From: a virus
Strand: one strand, 5' to 3'
Virus genome (UHGV): UHGV-1383708
Length of the DNA: 41,056 bases
Both the position numbers and the translations under genes were made by a program. Position 1 is the stretch's first letter; each line of letters begins with the position of its first letter. The notes below the pieces were generated by a model, which ran no database searches, had not been told where the DNA came from, and saw only the letters and a program-made list of their open reading frames with translations. Shown one piece after another: positions 1-7,542 of this stretch.

Positions 1-6
1 AGATAA

Positions 7-33
7 AAAACCCTCTGTAGTAACAGAGGGTTT
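7..33 (-). terminator. Displaced original guaA intrinsic terminator (host side of attL)
   Basis: Hairpin CCCTCTG-N6-CAGAGGG followed by U-tract on minus strand; near-duplicate at 40933-40958. Confidence 0.5.
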
Positions 34-58
34 TGTTCATTCATAGTGCAGGGATCAA

Positions 59-75
59 AATCATTCCCACTCAAT
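59..75. repeat. attL core (left copy of 17-bp direct repeat AATCATTCCCACTCAAT)
   Basis: Exact 17-bp match to 41002-41018; flanking bases differ. Confidence 0.8.
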
Positions 76-185
76 TATTTACGGACACCATAACCAATTG
101 AGTGATAACATTTTTCCAAAGCTCAATTTTCCTCGTACCGTTTTATATACCGTCACCGGAAATCAGTACCATGAAAAATGCCATG

Positions 186-668
186 CTATCTGGTCAGGGT
201 GTCGTACTGTTTTTCACAGACTCTTCCGGCTTCGGCTGCCCGGTCAGCATACTCTGCCAGTTGTCTGTTTCTCTCGAGAGATTTACTGAGCACGTCGGCA
301 AGCAAAACTCCGGTGTCTGCGGCTGACGTCCCAGCGCCGACAATGGCGTTATAGTGCCTGAGCTGCTCACGGATGGCAACGAGCTGTTGCTGCAACCGGC
401 CAGCGCGAGCGGCAGCATCAAGAGCATCATTGCGCGCCTGGTCGATCCTCTGCTGCGCTTCACGTTCATTGATCGATTTCTCCTGTTCGTAGTGCTGACG
501 AACTTTGTCTTCTTCGGCTTTGCGGTCTTCTTCCGCCTGAGCATACCCGGCATCGTACTGGCGACTGCCGTGTGCATTCCAGGCGACAACTCCTGATATG
601 ACCAGAACAGCAAGCATCGCCATGATAACCAACTGTTTCCAGTATGCTTTTGCGAATGCCCAGATCAT
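186..668 (-). CDS. Rz-like inner-membrane spanin
   Basis: 160 aa; N-terminal [18 protein letters not shown] then charged coiled-coil; follows endolysin. Confidence 0.6.
   Translation of the reverse strand: MIWAFAKAYWKQLVIMAMLAVLVISGVVAWNAHGSRQYDAGYAQAEEDRKAEEDKVRQHYEQEKSINEREAQQRIDQARNDALDAAARAGRLQQQLVAIREQLRHYNAIVGAGTSAADTGVLLADVLSKSLERNRQLAEYADRAAEAGRVCEKQYDTLTR
194..430 (-). CDS. Rz1-like outer-membrane lipoprotein spanin, embedded in Rz in another frame
   Basis: [13 protein letters not shown] lipobox then Pro/Ser-rich sequence; fully inside the Rz gene. Confidence 0.5.
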   Translation of the reverse strand: MMLLMLPLALAGCSNSSLPSVSSSGTITPLSALGRQPQTPEFCLPTCSVNLSRETDNWQSMLTGQPKPEESVKNSTTP

Positions 669-1294
669 ACCGCCAGCACCTTACTGGCAGTGATGTATCG
701 CGCGCGCCGGTCGTCGATGCCGTTCCTGCCACCATTGATAATCAGAGTTACACGTACAATATCTCCGGTATACTTCATGCAGCCTTTGCTGGAGAAGAAC
801 CAGGCCGCGCTACGAGCCGCGTATTCGTCCTGTGCCAGCAGTTCAGGATTCTCCAGCAGGTCAACTTTCAGACCGTTTCCGCAGTCACGATAGTTATTCA
901 AACCGGTAATCTGGATAAGCCCGCGCCCACGGTAATTCCAGCCATCGCCGGGAGCATTGTTACCCATGCGTTTGCTGTATACCAGATTTGCGATCGCGCG
1001 CTGGCGCTCAAGTGGCAATGGTGGTTCACCAACGCGGCGCCCCAGTGCATTAGCCTGTCCCTGGGTGAGGCGTCCAGTCCGGACAAAGCTCACCAGTCCG
1101 GTAACGCTGTAGTTGAAATTCTCCTGCAACCTGGTGAACCCCCCAGACTCATGCCCAACTTGAGCAATAAACATTGCCTGATCTTCTGCCTTGCTGATAC
1201 CAAACTCTTTCATCGCAGAAGTTATATGCGAGAACCAGCGAGCGGCCAGCGCCTCGCTAATACCAGCAGCTCGCTGGAATTGTTTAATCTCCAT
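665..1294 (-). CDS. Endolysin, glycoside hydrolase family 19-like
   Basis: 209 aa from MEIKQF; motifs QVGHESGGF and [22 protein letters not shown]. Confidence 0.75.
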   Translation of the reverse strand: MEIKQFQRAAGISEALAARWFSHITSAMKEFGISKAEDQAMFIAQVGHESGGFTRLQENFNYSVTGLVSFVRTGRLTQGQANALGRRVGEPPLPLERQRAIANLVYSKRMGNNAPGDGWNYRGRGLIQITGLNNYRDCGNGLKVDLLENPELLAQDEYAARSAAWFFSSKGCMKYTGDIVRVTLIINGGRNGIDDRRARYITASKVLAV

Positions 1295-1592
1295 GTTTAG
1301 ACCTCGATATTTTGAAAATCTGAACAACGTTACCGCGTGTTTTAATAACCGCGGCAAGCATGACAGCGTTGATAATGACCTCAGATAAATCCACAGCCAT
1401 TGGCGTGCGTAACCAGATTGCATAGACGACACGAACAGGAATACTGGCCGCAGCAACAATAAGGAAATAAGCAAGCCACCCTCCCCATCTTCGATGTTGA
1501 GAGCCGTTACGCCGGAATGTGACAACGCGAATTGCTATGCCAGTACAAATAACTGCATTGGTGATAAGCAAAAAAAACTCATGCGTTACCAT
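1284..1592 (-). CDS. Putative second lysis membrane protein (holin/antiholin-like)
   Basis: 102 aa; hydrophobic helices; overlaps both neighbours. Confidence 0.45.
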   Translation of the reverse strand: MVTHEFFLLITNAVICTGIAIRVVTFRRNGSQHRRWGGWLAYFLIVAAASIPVRVVYAIWLRTPMAVDLSEVIINAVMLAAVIKTRGNVVQIFKISRSKHGD

Positions 1593-1983
1593 CGTCTTTT
1601 CTCCCCGGAATTAACTCGCGTGGATTATCGGAACGGTGATAGAGCCATATACCAATACGCACAGCAACAATTGCTGACACGAATGCGCCAGCTGAGAAAA
1701 CAATCCCTTTTTCAAAAGAGTCCTGCGTGATGGTAGGGATCAGGCTGGCTATGCCGATAAGAATTGATGCTGCTGGTTTATAAAAAAGAAGGCCGCAGAG
1801 AAAGCTAAGCATCGACAAGAGTACACGACGACGAATAGGATACTCTACCGCAGAGGTAACAAAAATTACCGCCCCAGCCAAAGCCCCCAAAGCAACCTCA
1901 GGAGGAACTCCTGCTATCACCGCCGCCAGAGAACTCATGCTAAGCCACTGATTTAAAGTTTCACTGGTTAGTTGAGCTGACAT
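1579..1983 (-). CDS. Putative holin (multi-TM membrane protein)
   Basis: About 134 aa from MSAQLTSE; several hydrophobic helices; first gene of lysis cassette. Confidence 0.5.
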   Translation of the reverse strand: MSAQLTSETLNQWLSMSSLAAVIAGVPPEVALGALAGAVIFVTSAVEYPIRRRVLLSMLSFLCGLLFYKPAASILIGIASLIPTITQDSFEKGIVFSAGAFVSAIVAVRIGIWLYHRSDNPRELIPGRKDDGNA

Positions 1984-2205
1984 GTTTTCCACCGTTTATA
2001 TGCATAACTACCTCCTGAATAGTAAAGGCATTACGCATGATAAACCATTTATGGTTTTTTGTTACCCATGCATTGTCAATCCCCTTCCTTTCATGTCGAT
2101 AATAAGGCTTGCCTTTTACATAACTCTGAAGAGATTGCAGTACAGAAATGATTTAAAATATAGAGGCTTAGTTGAATTCCGCGCCATTTGATGGCGCGGT
2201 AGCAG

Positions 2206-2520
2206 TCAAATATAGAAATAAACACCAAAACAAACAGTAACAGGAACAACAAAGTCAAACAGGCTTCCAACATCCCATACGCGCGGATCAAAACCGCCCC
2301 ACCACGGCATATTCATACGCTTGCCATGCCCGAACATTTCAATCCAGCGATATTCTGCCTGGGTGTGTTCACGCGCAATGAAGAACGTACAACCAGCTAT
2401 CGCTCCGTAAGCCCAGTTTCCGGTAAAAAGGCCAATCAGTATCTGTGCGGCCACAGCACAAAGCGCATGAAGGAAAGGTGTTATATCCATTGCAATAAAA
2501 TGTCCGGTTCTATATTCCAT
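2206..2520 (-). CDS. Small polytopic membrane protein (104 aa), function unknown
   Basis: Two or three predicted TM segments; between tailspike and lysis genes. Confidence 0.5.
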   Translation of the reverse strand: MEYRTGHFIAMDITPFLHALCAVAAQILIGLFTGNWAYGAIAGCTFFIAREHTQAEYRWIEMFGHGKRMNMPWWGGFDPRVWDVGSLFDFVVPVTVCFGVYFYI

Positions 2521-2530
2521 GCATTTAATC

Positions 2531-4831
2531 CTACTTCGTTAATATTTTAATCAAATCAATATTGCTTCCTTCTGATATTTCAGAAGGAACACTACCTGAT
2601 AACTTTATTGCATTAGATGAAATTCCTGAAACATCAGAAATCATATTTTTTGCCCCGCTAGTATATGCAACCTTAAAGTCATCATAAGGACCAGAATATG
2701 AAATTTCATCCTGGTTACGCACATATATAGTATTCCCGGACACCGATTTAACAACGTATCTATTTCTTAATATATTAACCTTAACATCAGATGCATCTTT
2801 TACATAACAGGTAACACCTGATGCTATATTTTCCATTTTGACATCAAGTGATGAATTAAACATCACAGCACCAGACCTGTGGATATTATGATCATCCATA
2901 TTTCTTCGAGGATACGCAGAACTATCCTTATAATATCTTCCGGTAAATCTGATATATTTGAAGGTAATTCCAGATGTATTACCACCCGACAGAATGACAA
3001 CCCTTATTGATTTTACTCCTCCTTTGTCGGTTATCCTAAACTTTGCATTACCGATGTTAGACTGGGTAGTAAAACGACTGTTTTCATCATCCCATGAAGC
3101 CCCTGGAAAACCAATCCCTTCAGGCTCATTTGTAATAACACTGCCATTCTCATCAATTCCATAAACCCTTATGCGGAATGCGCTGACATCAGAAGTAAAT
3201 GCAAACACATCGCCATTCCTGACGCTTATATCACCTGATTCCCAAATTGTCCTGAAGTTACGTCCAATAGCAAAACTACCATTAACAAGATGAATTAAAT
3301 TTCGCACACTTTTTACATCTGTAACATAATCAGGTGTATCTGAACTTCCCATATTAACGCTTGATAAAAATGGCGTTTTCTCACTCACTGAAAAAAGCGA
3401 CACTTCATTAGTTAGTTCTTCCTGAATATGATATACAGCATTTCCATTACCATTATCAGTGACAGTTACAAGATTGTTTGGGTTATATGGTTCATTGGTA
3501 TATGCAGAAAAGCTAAGCCATGATGCCTGAACAGAATTATTCCACGTATAACTACCAAAATTAATTCTTTGTGTGTCATCTGGGTTGTCTGGTCTGCGCT
3601 CAAAACGGAGTCCGTAAAAATGATTATTATTACCACGCTGAATGTCAATAACCCCAGTATTCTCCATCGTTCCACCAAAAAACTTGTTGTGATTATGTGA
3701 ATACGGATTATCAGCAATAATCACATTATTTGTCCTGTTTAGGTAAAACTTGTTTTCGTTTATCCAACCTCTAACTACACCAAGAAAATGAATTGTATCG
3801 ACCTTTTTCAGGTTAAAGGTTGAGTAGGCTATAGAATAATCTGTTTCATATACTGAATCATCAGAGTTTGCATATAACTGTAAGTAGTCGCAACGCTCAA
3901 TGTTAATATGCTGCCCTTTTGCCCCGATAATACGAATATCCGGTGTCGTTTCAGATGAAATACCAGAATTTCTGATAATCGTTCCGAAGTTTTGTCTTGG
4001 GTTGTTAGGGTTTGATGCATTCCCGCCAAGCAATACCCCTATCCCTGAGTGGGATATGGTAAAAACAGCATTGGTCATTTCGAGGCTGACATTACGAAGA
4101 TTTAATGTCTCCGTAATAATAAAATTACCTTCCGCTCGTAATGTTCTGGATGATTCTCGTGCATATTCTGCAGCCAGAATCAATGCAGATGTATCATCTG
4201 TTATACCATCGCCTTTTGCCCCAAAATCGCGAACACTAACGGTGTCTCTCATCTTATCCTGGAACGTTCGGTATACTGCTCCAGAACCATACTGAATAAA
4301 CCAACCAAAACCACCAATAACTCCGGCGATTGCAGCATCGACATAATTACGCATTGAGCGATTATTTACAGCGTCCTGCTCAAGTGATGGATCGGCAAGG
4401 TTAGATATTCTGTTTTGCTTTGCATCGTAATATTTTGCAAGCAAAGATGGTTTCATCAATGCACGTCTGAACCACCCAAAACATCGCTGGATCAGCATCG
4501 TCAGGTAGTCAAATGCATCCTCATGAACTTCGGGGAAAAATTTTCCCTGATTGCGAAGATCAGTCTCCTGCACCACATCAAGCACACGCTCTATCGTGAT
4601 TCGCCAGCCAGCAGCAAGCGGCGACGGAAGAACCACTGCACCGCCACTATAAGTTCCCGCCCCTGTTACCGTATAACCAGCATCCAGCACTAGTTTTGTA
4701 ACGTTACCGTTAAGGTCAGACACCTGAACAACCAGGTCGGATTTTTTGAAAATACGGAAGGTATACGGAAATGATGTCGTAACGCCGTTACCTGTGTATT
4801 CGTTGTGGTCAACTTCGGTTGAGACCGTCAT
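2531..4831 (-). CDS. Tailspike / receptor-binding protein
   Basis: 766 aa; N-terminus MTVSTEVDHNEYTGNGVTTSFPYTFRIFKKSDLVVQV recalled as conserved particle-binding domain; AT-rich Asn/Ser/Gly-rich C-terminal part; GGAGA RBS. Confidence 0.8.
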   Translation of the reverse strand: MTVSTEVDHNEYTGNGVTTSFPYTFRIFKKSDLVVQVSDLNGNVTKLVLDAGYTVTGAGTYSGGAVVLPSPLAAGWRITIERVLDVVQETDLRNQGKFFPEVHEDAFDYLTMLIQRCFGWFRRALMKPSLLAKYYDAKQNRISNLADPSLEQDAVNNRSMRNYVDAAIAGVIGGFGWFIQYGSGAVYRTFQDKMRDTVSVRDFGAKGDGITDDTSALILAAEYARESSRTLRAEGNFIITETLNLRNVSLEMTNAVFTISHSGIGVLLGGNASNPNNPRQNFGTIIRNSGISSETTPDIRIIGAKGQHINIERCDYLQLYANSDDSVYETDYSIAYSTFNLKKVDTIHFLGVVRGWINENKFYLNRTNNVIIADNPYSHNHNKFFGGTMENTGVIDIQRGNNNHFYGLRFERRPDNPDDTQRINFGSYTWNNSVQASWLSFSAYTNEPYNPNNLVTVTDNGNGNAVYHIQEELTNEVSLFSVSEKTPFLSSVNMGSSDTPDYVTDVKSVRNLIHLVNGSFAIGRNFRTIWESGDISVRNGDVFAFTSDVSAFRIRVYGIDENGSVITNEPEGIGFPGASWDDENSRFTTQSNIGNAKFRITDKGGVKSIRVVILSGGNTSGITFKYIRFTGRYYKDSSAYPRRNMDDHNIHRSGAVMFNSSLDVKMENIASGVTCYVKDASDVKVNILRNRYVVKSVSGNTIYVRNQDEISYSGPYDDFKVAYTSGAKNMISDVSGISSNAIKLSGSVPSEISEGSNIDLIKILTK

Positions 4832-4935
4832 GTTAAATCTCCAGATAGTCGCAGCACCCGTTGCGCCGCATATCTGGTTATTCTATTACCCAAAAAACCA
4901 TATATGGATAGAAAGACTGTGAATATGAATAGATA

Positions 4936-4950
4936 TTACCTTTCAGGTAA
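4936..4950. promoter_or_regulatory. Operator palindrome TTACC-TTTCA-GGTAA
   Basis: Perfect palindrome between tailspike start (4831) and small gene (5028). Confidence 0.6.
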
Positions 4951-4987
4951 TTTGCAAAACGTGCTGGATAGCAAACAAATTATTTGC

Positions 4988-5007
4988 TACTGTATAAATA
5001 TACAGTT
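4988..5007. promoter_or_regulatory. LexA (SOS) box
   Basis: TACTGTATAAATATACAGTT, CTGT-N8-ACAG with AT-rich core, close to E. coli consensus. Confidence 0.65.
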
Positions 5008-5027
5008 ATTGCATGGAGAAGATTAAG

Positions 5028-5285
5028 ATGCAGCAGTATCACTATCCACTGGAAGAGGGATTTACCGAAAGGATTCACACGCCGGGAGGCGTCAGGTCAC
5101 TGGTGGAGGGATCGCACTTGATGAAATTACTCCGGGATCTCGATAAGGATGGATTTAATGTCGATGGCCCACTTGCCGAACTGACTGCACTGATTAACTA
5201 CGTCACCAGCTCACAGATGTCTATGCAGGATCTGCAAACACATCTCGACTATTGTGCCGAACAATTACGAAAACAAACCAGATAA
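5028..5285 (+). CDS. Small protein homologous to the antirepressor shared C-terminal domain; candidate SOS-inducible antirepressor
   Basis: 86 aa; GGAGA RBS; GGVRSLVEGSHLMKLLRDLDKDGFNVDGPLAELTAL parallels SGVLGLTENSLLMNLLNQLQEDGHDVSGAAAELTTM; LexA box 20 nt upstream. Confidence 0.55.
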   Translation: MQQYHYPLEEGFTERIHTPGGVRSLVEGSHLMKLLRDLDKDGFNVDGPLAELTALINYVTSSQMSMQDLQTHLDYCAEQLRKQTR

Positions 5286-5316
5286 GTTTTGAAATTACCA
5301 ATAGGAGTGCTTATAT

Positions 5317-5331
5317 TTACCTTTTCGGTAA
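5317..5331. promoter_or_regulatory. Operator palindrome TTACC-TTTTC-GGTAA
   Basis: Perfect palindrome right after TTGAAA-N17-TTATAT promoter-like hexamers; nested in larger inverted repeat AGGAGTGC/GCACTCCT. Confidence 0.6.
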
Positions 5332-5425
5332 ATTTACATTGCACTCCTCTTGTGCCATAGTAATCGGGCACTGGCAAAATCCAGTGCCGGGATTGGTCTC
5401 CCGGATTACTACAGAGGCACATATG

Positions 5426-5445
5426 CCGCATAAGCGGTTTTTTTA
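5426..5445 (+). terminator. Intrinsic terminator downstream of small LexA-box gene
   Basis: CCGC-ataa-GCGG hairpin followed by TTTTTTT. Confidence 0.5.
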
Positions 5446-5598
5446 TGTGTAAAGCGCACCTATTCTATGGTGGGCTGTGTGGGGGCACCGAAAGGTGCGC
5501 CGGGTTCCTTTGTAGCCGGTAAGACCAACTCTGCACAGTTCACCACCATCTGATTGGTCTCAGCGGTGGTGATTAACCTAACTACAAAGGTGATCGCT

Positions 5599-6291
5599 AT
5601 GAATACCAAACCTTCCATCTTTTCCTTTGAGTCATCCTGCCAGATCCGTATGTTCATGATTGACGGAGAACCTTGGTTTGTCACCAAAGATGTGTGCAAT
5701 GCTTTGAATATTGATGTTACACAAGCGAGAAAACTTGATAAAAAAGGCTGGAACAAAAAGGGGCTGTATTCAATACAGACCCCTGGTGGAATACAAGAAC
5801 TATCCATCGTTTCAGAATCAGGTCTCTACATCCTTATTCTGCGTTGCAAAGAGGCAATGACTGAGGGAACGAGAGCATTCAGATTTCTTGAATGGGTTAC
5901 AGGTGAGGTTCTTCCTCAGATCCGCCGCACCGGAAGTTACATTAAAAACTCGCTCCCGCAGGAAGAACGCATAAAGATGGTTGCCGACCAGGTAGCCAAC
6001 GCCACAGCATCAGCAGTGATGCAGGCAATGAAGGTAGAGAACAAAACCTACAGCGCCCCACTGAAGCCCGGCTACCGCAGCCTGATTCATTCGCCGTCTG
6101 GTGTTCTCGGCCTGACGGAGAACTCACTGCTGATGAATCTGCTGAACCAGTTACAGGAAGACGGGCACGATGTATCGGGCGCGGCGGCGGAGCTGACCAC
6201 CATGTTCTGCTACATCGTCGGTGTGAGCAAATGCCTGCGTGATATCCAGACGCACGCGGAGTACATCAACGACAAAGCAGGGTTCTTCTGA
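5599..6291 (+). CDS. Bro-N domain antirepressor with shared C-terminal domain
   Basis: 230 aa; N-terminus IRMFMIDGEPWFVTKDVCNALNI typical of Bro-N; last 77 aa near-identical to antirepressor 7543-8481. Confidence 0.7.
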   Translation: MNTKPSIFSFESSCQIRMFMIDGEPWFVTKDVCNALNIDVTQARKLDKKGWNKKGLYSIQTPGGIQELSIVSESGLYILILRCKEAMTEGTRAFRFLEWVTGEVLPQIRRTGSYIKNSLPQEERIKMVADQVANATASAVMQAMKVENKTYSAPLKPGYRSLIHSPSGVLGLTENSLLMNLLNQLQEDGHDVSGAAAELTTMFCYIVGVSKCLRDIQTHAEYINDKAGFF

Positions 6292-6376
6292 CGGGCGGCG
6301 GCACAGGGATGTGCCTACAATTATCAATAATTGTTTACACTCGTTGCAGTTAAAAGCATTATACTCATGTTTAAAA

Positions 6377-6391
6377 TTACCCGATTGGTAA
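6377..6391. promoter_or_regulatory. Operator palindrome TTACC-CGATT-GGTAA
   Basis: Perfect palindrome just downstream of a TATACT -10-like hexamer. Confidence 0.6.
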
Positions 6392-6412
6392 AGTCGATTG
6401 GTTGAGGTTCAT

Positions 6413-6739
6413 ATGAGCAGAAGATATGTCAAGGAGCTGGCTATAGAGTCTGGCACCCCTTTGGGTATCGTTCCTGGCTCCAACTATGCCAAGGCTTTAA
6501 ACCGAGACTCTGTCGTCAAAGTTATATCAAGAGACATGAATATGGTCGGAGACGATCTCAGACGGTCAGAAAATCGTGTTTATGCTGAATATATAGTAAA
6601 GAACGGAAAAAAAATTGCAGCGCCTGCTGGCGGAAAATGGGCAATAGTGACAGGGAAAAACTCAAATGCAAGAGGAAAACCAGAAGCTAAAGGAATGTCC
6701 TTCGACAAATATGCAAAAATCTATTGGGCAACCAAGTGA
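6413..6739 (+). CDS. Hypothetical basic protein (108 aa), first gene of cargo cassette
   Basis: GAGGT RBS; operator palindrome 22 nt upstream; overlaps next gene in another frame. Confidence 0.45.
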   Translation: MSRRYVKELAIESGTPLGIVPGSNYAKALNRDSVVKVISRDMNMVGDDLRRSENRVYAEYIVKNGKKIAAPAGGKWAIVTGKNSNARGKPEAKGMSFDKYAKIYWATK

Positions 6740-7214
6740 TAACGAAGAAACTGAGTTCGAGGAAGTTGAGGAAGGGCTAAGTAACGAGATCATTCAACAC
6801 CCAGATGCCTTCACAAGAGTTCTTGATCGCCCTGAAATTCAGGAGATAGTTGTCGCTCACCATGCGTTTCAGGGTCCGCTTCCTCCCCCCTATCTGCTTC
6901 GCGGGTATCAGGATATTTTACCTGATGCCCCCGAACGCATCTTCCAGCTGACGGAGAAGGAGTTTGCTCACCGCCAGAAAATGGAGGAAAAGGCACTTGA
7001 CGGGGCTATTAATAGAGATAAACGTGGGCAGTGGTTTGGCCTGAGTGCAACTATTTTTACAGTAGCTTGTGCAACATTATTAGGTTTAACAGGTCATGAA
7101 GTTCTAGCTGGCACAGTGATCGGTACAGTTGTTGCAGTGGCTGGTATTTTCGTTCTTAGACAAAAACCAAGCATCAAGAAGAAATCTGAAGACAACAAAC
7201 CTGAAGAAAAGTAA
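6711..7214 (+). CDS. Acidic N-terminal / two-TM C-terminal protein, DUF2335-like (tentative)
   Basis: LPPPYLLRGYQDILPDAPERIFQLTEKEFAHRQ then hydrophobic hairpin WFGLSATIFTVACATLLGL...VIGTVVAVAGIFVL; start may be 6666. Confidence 0.5.
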   Translation: MQKSIGQPSDNEETEFEEVEEGLSNEIIQHPDAFTRVLDRPEIQEIVVAHHAFQGPLPPPYLLRGYQDILPDAPERIFQLTEKEFAHRQKMEEKALDGAINRDKRGQWFGLSATIFTVACATLLGLTGHEVLAGTVIGTVVAVAGIFVLRQKPSIKKKSEDNKPEEK

Positions 7215-7236
7215 GCCCGCGCTGCGGGCTTTTTTG
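7214..7236 (+). terminator. Intrinsic terminator after cargo gene pair
   Basis: AGCCCGC-gct-GCGGGCT hairpin followed by TTTTT. Confidence 0.7.
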
Positions 7237-7307
7237 TGGACGAAACAAAAGTCAGTGCTACACTCATTGACGCCACATTGAGGTGGCTTATAGATGGAAA
7301 TTTCACA

Positions 7308-7469
7308 ATGAAAAAAGCATTTGCTGCACTGTTCGTTTTGTTGTCTCTGGTAGCTTCAACTCAGGCCTTTGCCGGTCGTTGTCAGCACGACAGCGATACT
7401 GCCGCTGACGGCTCCCGCTGCGGTGGGCGTTCTGCGGATTCCCGCCCTGGCGGCGGTGGCATTCGTTAA
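7308..7469 (+). CDS. Candidate secreted micro-protein (53 aa) with signal peptide
   Basis: MKKAFAALFVLLSLVASTQAFA then Gly/Arg/Asp-rich 31-aa tail with two Cys; no clear RBS. Confidence 0.35.
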   Translation: MKKAFAALFVLLSLVASTQAFAGRCQHDSDTAADGSRCGGRSADSRPGGGGIR

Positions 7470-7475
7470 AAACAA

Positions 7476-7519
7476 GGCCGCGAAAGCGGCCTGTGACATG
7501 TCACGCTAGTTTCGTTTTG
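7476..7519. terminator. Bidirectional intrinsic terminator between convergent units
   Basis: GGCCGC-GAAA-GCGGCC hairpin with T-rich tracts on both sides. Confidence 0.55.
7493..7504. repeat. Perfect 12-bp palindrome GTGACATGTCAC (copy 1)
   Basis: Exact; immediately beside hairpin GGCCGC-gaaa-GCGGCC. Confidence 0.8.
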
Positions 7520-7542
7520 CACGTCCCTGTGCCGCCGTTCTG

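Noticed and set aside
644-1300. 218-aa plus-strand ORF over the endolysin/Rz region
   Set aside because: Antisense to the well-supported GH19 endolysin gene; no RBS or functional motif.
6600-6740. Programmed +1 frameshift joining ORFs 6413-6739 and 6711-7214 at the A8 run near 6607
   Set aside because: The A-run lies upstream of the overlap; the second ORF has its own in-frame ATG; no supporting structure seen. Treated as two overlapping genes.
7236-7307. N-terminal extension of the micro-protein ORF from the GTG at 7236
   Set aside because: That start lies inside the T-tract of the preceding terminator; the internal ATG at 7308 begins a clean signal peptide.
6295-7540. Invertase-driven shufflon or phase-variable segment
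   Set aside because: No serine or tyrosine invertase gene and no short crossover sites; the inverted repeat is long coding homology, so any inversion would be by general recombination (kept as a finding).
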